Assembly: GCA_041725915.1 (NCBI GenBank)
Contig: JBGRPZ010000001.1
Span: 66,198-130,197, forward strand
Direction of reading: 5' to 3'
From: Hyphomicrobiales bacterium
Lineage (GTDB): Bacteria > Bacteroidota > Bacteroidia > Bacteroidales > JBGRPZ01
Length of the DNA: 64,000 bases
Shown: positions 58,704 to 64,000 of the stretch, one piece after another
Numbering within the stretch: position 1 is the stretch's first letter
Layout: each line of letters starts with the position of its first letter
Program-made: the position numbers and the translations under genes
Notes under the pieces: generated by a model
Databases searched by the model: none
What the model saw: only the letters and a program-made list of their open reading frames with translations
Told to the model about the DNA's origin: nothing

Positions 58704-60242
58704 ATGAATAAAAAGAATAGAATGCATTATAATGATATAGGTGTTGAACAGATATTTGATGCCTTGAGTGTTGATAATGATCATTTGTTGACTGATGATC
58801 TTTGGAAGATCCTTGCTGATAATGGCATTCAAGAGAATGATCCCCGATTTCTACAGATAAGAGAGTTCCTTTGTGGTGATAACCCACGACATCAGTGCGC
58901 TTCTATAAACTTTGATGCATTCAATCAGGTGATTTCACAAAGCAACTTGCTGAGAAAAAGCCTTACGGGTCAGCTTGTTGTTCCTGATTTCAAATCATTC
59001 TCTTCGTCTTTTGCTTCAATCTATGAGCAAACAAAGAAGAATGTAGGAGGCAAAGTGGCTGATTATATTCCTCAGTTGGCACGTGTAAATCCTGATTATT
59101 ATGCTGTTTCCGTATGTACAATCGATGGACAAAGATATGCATTGGGAGATGTTTCTGTTCCATTCTGTTTTCAGTCGACATGTAAACCTATATTATATTG
59201 TATGGCTCAGGAGGATTATGGTGCTGATAATGTCCATAATCATGTTGGCTATGAGCCTAGTGGCCTTGGATTCAATGAACTGAATTTGGATAGAAACCAG
59301 AAACCCCACAATCCAATGATAAATGCAGGGGCTATCATGTGTTCTTCTCTGATTAAACGCAAACTTGATCTCCCTGATAAGTTTGATGCAGTGTTGAATA
59401 CAATTAAAGACCTTGGTGCTACAGACAATATCAACTTCAATAATGCTGTTTACCTTTCCGAGCGTCAAACTGCTGATCGTAACTTTGCTCTTGCATATTA
59501 TATGCGTGAGAATAAGGCTTTCCCCCCAAATACAGATATAATCGAAGCTCTTGATTTTTACTTTCAATGTTGCTCTATAGAAGTGAATGCCGTAGATATG
59601 TCTGTTATTGGTGCTACCTTGGCTAATGGTGGTATCAACCCATTTACAGAAAAGAAAGTGTTTGCAAATAATACTGTCCAGAATTGCATGTCTTTGATGT
59701 ACTCTTGTGGGATGTATGATTACAGCGGAGAATTTGCATTTAAGATTGGATTGCCTGCAAAGTCTGGTGTGTCGGGGGCATTGCTTGTTGTTATTCCTGA
59801 TCTTATGGGCATCTGCATTTGGTCGCCTCGTTTAGATCAGATAGGAAATAGTGTCAGAGGTATTGAATTTTGTCAGGAGCTTGCCAATAGATATAACATA
59901 CATAAATTCGATGCTCTTGCCGGTGAGACTGACCGCCGAAACCCTAAAGCCCAGAAATTTGATGACTCTAGCAAAGGTTTCCTTTCATTGATAGAAAGTG
60001 CCAGCCGTGGGGATCTTGTTGAACTCAAACGCCTGATGGCTTCAGGTGTTGATATTAATGCCAAGAACTATGATGGCCGTACTGCACTGCATCTTGCCTG
60101 TGCCGAAGGACAAACAGAAGTAGTACAATTCCTTATCGAAAACAATGTTGAGGTGGATATTAAAGACCGCTGGGGACATACTCCATTGTCAGAAGCTGAA
60201 ATAGGTGGATTCCTCGAGATTGTAAGGCTGTTGAGGGGGTAG
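58704..60242 (+). CDS. glsA: Glutaminase, metazoan GLS-like architecture (EF-hand-like N-terminal domain + glutaminase + ankyrin repeats)
   Basis: QSTCKPILYCMA, KPHNPMINAGAIM, SCGMYDYSGEFAFKIGLPAKSGVSG and IWSPRLDQIGNSVRG glutaminase blocks. The C-terminus YDGRTALHLACAEGQTEVVQFLIENNVEVDIKDRWGHTPL is ankyrin-like. Confidence 0.9.
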   Translation: MNKKNRMHYNDIGVEQIFDALSVDNDHLLTDDLWKILADNGIQENDPRFLQIREFLCGDNPRHQCASINFDAFNQVISQSNLLRKSLTGQLVVPDFKSFSSSFASIYEQTKKNVGGKVADYIPQLARVNPDYYAVSVCTIDGQRYALGDVSVPFCFQSTCKPILYCMAQEDYGADNVHNHVGYEPSGLGFNELNLDRNQKPHNPMINAGAIMCSSLIKRKLDLPDKFDAVLNTIKDLGATDNINFNNAVYLSERQTADRNFALAYYMRENKAFPPNTDIIEALDFYFQCCSIEVNAVDMSVIGATLANGGINPFTEKKVFANNTVQNCMSLMYSCGMYDYSGEFAFKIGLPAKSGVSGALLVVIPDLMGICIWSPRLDQIGNSVRGIEFCQELANRYNIHKFDALAGETDRRNPKAQKFDDSSKGFLSLIESASRGDLVELKRLMASGVDINAKNYDGRTALHLACAEGQTEVVQFLIENNVEVDIKDRWGHTPLSEAEIGGFLEIVRLLRG

Positions 60243-60332
60243 GTGTAATTAAGTGTATATTTTGTTTCCGCATTTGAATAAGATTACATCTTATCCACTA
60301 ATCAAATTAAGATAAGACCAATATAAAATAAT

Positions 60333-60340
60333 TACCTTTG
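60333..60340 (+). promoter_or_regulatory. Candidate -7 promoter box (TAnnTTTG) upstream of the ATPase gene
   Basis: TACCTTTG, 40 nt before the ATG at 60380. No properly spaced -33 TTTG was seen. Confidence 0.25.
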
Positions 60341-60379
60341 AAAAGGTGATGTCAATAAACATTATAATCCTACATAATA

Positions 60380-62215
60380 ATGAAAATAAATAAGATTCAT
60401 ATAAAGAACTTTCGAAGTATTCAAGATTTATCGTTTGAATTTTCTGATAATTTGAATGTTTTTGTTGGTGCTAATGGGGCAGGAAAAACTACTGTGTTAG
60501 AGGCTATTTCTATATCATTATCATGGATGATGAATAGAATAAGGAATATGAATTCTAATGGAGCTTCAATTACTGATTTGGATATTCGATACAATACTGA
60601 CTATTCTATGATTGAGGGTTTATATGAGGCCGATAAACAAGAATATAAATGGAAACATATCAAAGTAGCAGAAGGTAAAAGTATAAAAGAAAAATCTTCT
60701 TACACAGGTGCTACCGAATTGGCTGAAGTATTTCAATCAAAACTTAATGATAATAAGGAATTACCTGTAATAGCCTACTATCCAGTAACCCGAACAGTCG
60801 AAGACGCTGATGCAAGCATAAAAGGTAATGAAAAATTATCGCGGTTAGACCTATATGATGATGCTTTAAAGGGAAAAAGTAATTATCAAAGCTTTTTTAA
60901 GTGGTATAGACTACAAGATGATATTAATAATGAGCAATTACTTGCAGAGAGGAATTGGTTTGAGGAGAATAAGCAAGTAAGAAATAAATTTTTAGCTAAT
61001 TTGAATCTTAAAATAAACGAGTATTTAAAGAAGAAGGGCATTGCTTTAGGAAGATATGATAAATTATTACATCATTATTCTGATTATATGTTTAATGCCA
61101 TGACTTTAAGGTCTTTCTTGGATCAATTGAGCTTGTTATATCATTCGATTAGTATTGAGTTAGGTGCAAATAGAATTCATTTTATTGAAGATGCAATAAT
61201 GTCTTATTATGCTTTAAAGAATGTAGGGAATAAGATCGTATCTTACATGAAGTCTGAAGATGACATTAATTTATTCATAAATGAAATAACATCTGTTATT
61301 TTATTTAAAGATGATTTGAGTAAGCTTAATGAACTTGATAAAGATTCATGTTGCATTATTCTTGACTTTTATTATTTAATAATAGATAATGCTTTGCCTT
61401 GGATATCTAAGGATGGAAAAGAAAAGCTGTATAATTATTTGAAAGATTTGCTTAGTTTAAAAGAAAGCAATCAGCAACGACAGTTTACTATTAGATTTAT
61501 AGAATTAGTAAAAAATGAACTTGTCTCAAGGGAAAGAAGTCTTCAATCATCAAATTCAGAGGTAAATACTTTTATCAAAAAAACCATAGAATCTTTTCTT
61601 CCAAACTATAAGAATCTTCAAGTAAAGCGTATTCCATACCCTCATTTATCAATAGATAAAGGTGAGAATTCTTTTAATGTTGGGCAACTCTCTGATGGAG
61701 AGAAAAATTTGATCACCTTAATTGCAGATATTGCTAGGAGACTAATAATCGCAAATACATATAGTGAGAATCCTTTAAAAGGGAATGGAATTATCCTTAT
61801 TGATGAAGTGGAACTTCATTTACACCCTAAATGGCAAAGAAAAGTGATTCCACAATTATTAAAAACTTTCCCAAATTGCCAGTTTTTCATCACAACACAT
61901 TCCCCGCAGGTTGTAAGTCATGTTCAGCCAGATTCATTATTCCTGCTTAGTAATAATGACAATGTTTTGTCTGTATCAGAAATGGATGAATCTTATGGAA
62001 TGAATACAGATAGAGTTTTGGAAGACATCTTTGCTACTGATGCTCGCCCTAAGGAAATAAAAGGTCGCTTTAAAGAACTTTACAGGTTGATTGATGCAGG
62101 TGAATATGATAAGGCAAGGTCTGAACACGAAAGTTTATCCCGGATTATTTCCGGAGATGATGAGTTAAGTTACATTAATGTTTTAATTGACCGAAAAAGG
62201 CTTTTGGGGAAATGA
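60380..62215 (+). CDS. ptuA: ABC/AAA_15-21-type ATPase, Septu PtuA-like
   Basis: Walker A GANGAGKTT (aa 30-38), signature-like LSDGEKNLITL, Walker B ILIDEVELHLHP, H-loop TTHSPQV. A long helical insertion lies between the N- and C-terminal ATPase lobes. No TOPRIM domain follows. Confidence 0.7.
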   Translation: MKINKIHIKNFRSIQDLSFEFSDNLNVFVGANGAGKTTVLEAISISLSWMMNRIRNMNSNGASITDLDIRYNTDYSMIEGLYEADKQEYKWKHIKVAEGKSIKEKSSYTGATELAEVFQSKLNDNKELPVIAYYPVTRTVEDADASIKGNEKLSRLDLYDDALKGKSNYQSFFKWYRLQDDINNEQLLAERNWFEENKQVRNKFLANLNLKINEYLKKKGIALGRYDKLLHHYSDYMFNAMTLRSFLDQLSLLYHSISIELGANRIHFIEDAIMSYYALKNVGNKIVSYMKSEDDINLFINEITSVILFKDDLSKLNELDKDSCCIILDFYYLIIDNALPWISKDGKEKLYNYLKDLLSLKESNQQRQFTIRFIELVKNELVSRERSLQSSNSEVNTFIKKTIESFLPNYKNLQVKRIPYPHLSIDKGENSFNVGQLSDGEKNLITLIADIARRLIIANTYSENPLKGNGIILIDEVELHLHPKWQRKVIPQLLKTFPNCQFFITTHSPQVVSHVQPDSLFLLSNNDNVLSVSEMDESYGMNTDRVLEDIFATDARPKEIKGRFKELYRLIDAGEYDKARSEHESLSRIISGDDELSYINVLIDRKRLLGK

Positions 62216-62862
62216 AATATATCAAAAAAGGAGTAGAACCAGAATTCTTAAAGAACAAAAAGGAAAAACTTGATAAGAATGCTAGTTATGATGATTTAGG
62301 GAGAAAGATAAAAAAGCTCTTGCGAGAACATTTAAAGGCTGAACAAGGAGAAATATGTTGCTATTGTGAACGAAGACTGCATACAAAAGATGATAATAGC
62401 AAAGATTATCATAATGAACACATAAAACCTAAAGATAGAGAGTTGTACCCACATTTAGCAACAGACTATTACAATATTGTATGTTCTTGCCAAGGTAATT
62501 TGAAGAAGGCAGAGATAAGCCATTGTGGGAAAGCAAAGGATAATTGGTATGATGAGCAATTATTTGTTTCCCCGCTCTCAAAAGATTGTGAAAGTAAATT
62601 TAGATATAATGATGGAGGAGAAGTATTTGCTGTAGATGGTAATAAAGCTGCTAAAACCACTATTGAGAAACTAAATCTTAATTGTGATAAGTTAATCGAG
62701 ATGAGAAAAATGGTTTTGAAAGTCTTTTATGAAGAAGAATTATCTTTGGAAGAGTTGATAAGGCTTGTGAAAGATGTTCTAAAAGAGAAAGGAAATAACA
62801 AAGGTAAGTATCAAGAATTCTACACTACAATAAAGTATCTTTTCGGAAAATATATCGAATGA
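62212..62862 (+). CDS. ptuB: HNH endonuclease (TIGR02646-like), Septu PtuB-like
   Basis: CCYCERRL...DYHNEHIKPK...YYNIVCSCQG...HCGKAKDN is an HNH/His-Me finger pattern. The ATG overlaps the ATPase stop by 4 nt (ATGA), indicating translational coupling. Confidence 0.7.
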   Translation: MKYIKKGVEPEFLKNKKEKLDKNASYDDLGRKIKKLLREHLKAEQGEICCYCERRLHTKDDNSKDYHNEHIKPKDRELYPHLATDYYNIVCSCQGNLKKAEISHCGKAKDNWYDEQLFVSPLSKDCESKFRYNDGGEVFAVDGNKAAKTTIEKLNLNCDKLIEMRKMVLKVFYEEELSLEELIRLVKDVLKEKGNNKGKYQEFYTTIKYLFGKYIE

Positions 62863-63031
62863 TTTTATGTAAATCATGACTTGAATTATAGGCGATTAAA
62901 TATTCAAACTAAATACTTGTTGATTTGATATGATACCTTTTCTTAAAGATTTTGATTCTCAATAGTTATAATGGTTCTGTTTTCTATAGTGTCAGATGGA
63001 GATATGTAATGTTTAAATTTTTATATTTTAT

Positions 63032-63391
63032 ATGGAGAAAGCTTTTAACAAGTTATTAAAGGGTACAATTAAATCAGCACAAAAGACCTATAAAGCAGAG
63101 AAGAGAATCGATAGAATGTTAACCTTTGGTTTTTCTGTAGATGGGATTATCGAAATACTAAAAAAGGATGAATACACGGGGTATGATATTCTGGAATGTT
63201 TAGATTCTATTATCTTTCAGGATAAAATTACAGATAATACAACATATCATTCTCTTTGTGGTACGAAAGAAGATTGGTTAATTGAATCTTTGAAGAGGAG
63301 TTATAATAATGTTTTAGAACTTGAGTGCTCTGATAGTGAATTACGAAGTGTTTTAGCTGATTTTTCAGGAAAGGTCTTTAAATTGTTTTAA
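63032..63391 (+). CDS. Hypothetical small acidic protein (119 aa)
   Basis: Clean ORF 170 nt downstream of the HNH gene. No motif recognised. Confidence 0.4.
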   Translation: MEKAFNKLLKGTIKSAQKTYKAEKRIDRMLTFGFSVDGIIEILKKDEYTGYDILECLDSIIFQDKITDNTTYHSLCGTKEDWLIESLKRSYNNVLELECSDSELRSVLADFSGKVFKLF

Positions 63392-63656
63392 TATTATTGA
63401 TGATTATCTAAAGATTAAGATACGTTTAAAACTGTCTTTTGTTCTAGTCATAACTGAGTTTGTTCGGTGAGGACTAAGAGCAAATACTTTTTCAATTATG
63501 TAGAAGTTTATCTGCTTTTCCTATTTGAGATCTTGTCTAAGTTCACAAAATGAACTTCCCATCTGTAATTTGTTTCTTTCTATAGGAGTCTTTATGATTT
63601 ACAAAAACAATAGAGCTTTTTTTGTCGTTAAGTCCTGAAAAGTTACTAAGGCGAAT

Positions 63657-64000
63657 ATGAAATTACATTTATTGAAACAAGGAATCAACCGGGAGGTGAT
63701 GAATCTGGCGATACCTAATATCGTCAATAATATAACTGTACCTCTTGTAGGTATTGTGGACTTAGCATTGATGGGACATCTAAGTTCTGTAAAGTATCTT
63801 GATGCTGTAGCTTTAGGTGCTTTGATCTTCAATTTTATATATTCAGGGCTTTCTTTCTTACGTATGGGTACTACAGGTATGACAGCTCAGGATTATGGAG
63901 CTGGAAATAAGAAGGAAGTGATTTTACATCTTACCCGGGCTTTAGCTGTTGCTATGGGCTTGGCACTGGTGATCTTTTTATTGCAAGATCCAATTGCATG
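63657..64000 (+). CDS. MATE-family efflux transporter (N-terminal part; runs off the window)
   Basis: Not in the ORF track because no stop falls in the window. Translation MKLHLLKQGINREVMNLAIPNIVNNITVPLVGIVDLALMGHL...MGTTGMTAQDYGAGN is the typical MATE N-terminus. The 63599..63832 minus ORF is its shadow. Confidence 0.75.
   Translation, partial: MKLHLLKQGINREVMNLAIPNIVNNITVPLVGIVDLALMGHLSSVKYLDAVALGALIFNFIYSGLSFLRMGTTGMTAQDYGAGNKKEVILHLTRALAVAMGLALVIFLLQDPIA

Noticed and set aside
62868-62885. Similarity of taaatcatgacttgaat to taaatcatgacttaaat at about 24586, suggesting another copy of the dispersed element after the HNH gene.
   Set aside because: Only about 17 nt match with one mismatch, and the flanks do not align. 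In AT-rich sequence of this length, such matches are expected by chance.

Overview
This is a 64-kb, low-GC chromosomal segment. I infer a Bacteroidota origin from several features: type III glutamine synthetase, ileS/dksA-like/lspA synteny, a DUF4199-like gene next to a GT2 gene, a TonB-dependent receptor with a CarboxypepD_reg-like N-terminus, TAnnTTTG-type -7 boxes, and a Na+-pumping methylmalonyl-CoA decarboxylase operon. Most of the window is housekeeping: ileS, lspA, rfbA/rfbC, udk, the mmd operon plus epimerase, purT, a phospho-sugar mutase, rfbD, UDP-xylose synthase, tsaC, two glycosyltransferases, gmhA/gmhB, an SSF symporter, GS-III and pyrBI. There are three tRNAs: Arg-CCU and two identical tandem Lys-UUU. 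I saw no rRNA, no CRISPR array and no intact transposase or integrase. The clearest accessory system is at the right end. It is a translationally coupled ABC/AAA-type ATPase plus small HNH nuclease pair that fits the Septu (PtuA/PtuB) defence architecture. It sits beside an AlbA_2/Schlafen-like protein and a metazoan-type glutaminase (EF-hand-like N-terminus, glutaminase, ankyrin repeats). The least explained content is non-coding. It includes short motif arrays phased at exactly 21 bp at three intergenic loci, and a 12-unit, 22-bp-register degenerate array in a 1.1-kb ORF-free gap. It also includes a roughly 0.5-1 kb dispersed element in three copies, two of them inverted and flanking 9.6 kb, one of which carries a 43-bp tandem expansion next to a TnpB relic. 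Also notable are five tandem paralogous small outer-membrane beta-barrel genes, a His-rich/TonB-receptor/CDF-like putative metal cluster, and a tandem MFS duplication inside a glycosyltransferase/heptose cluster. All similarity statements come from reading the sequence by eye; no database search was run.
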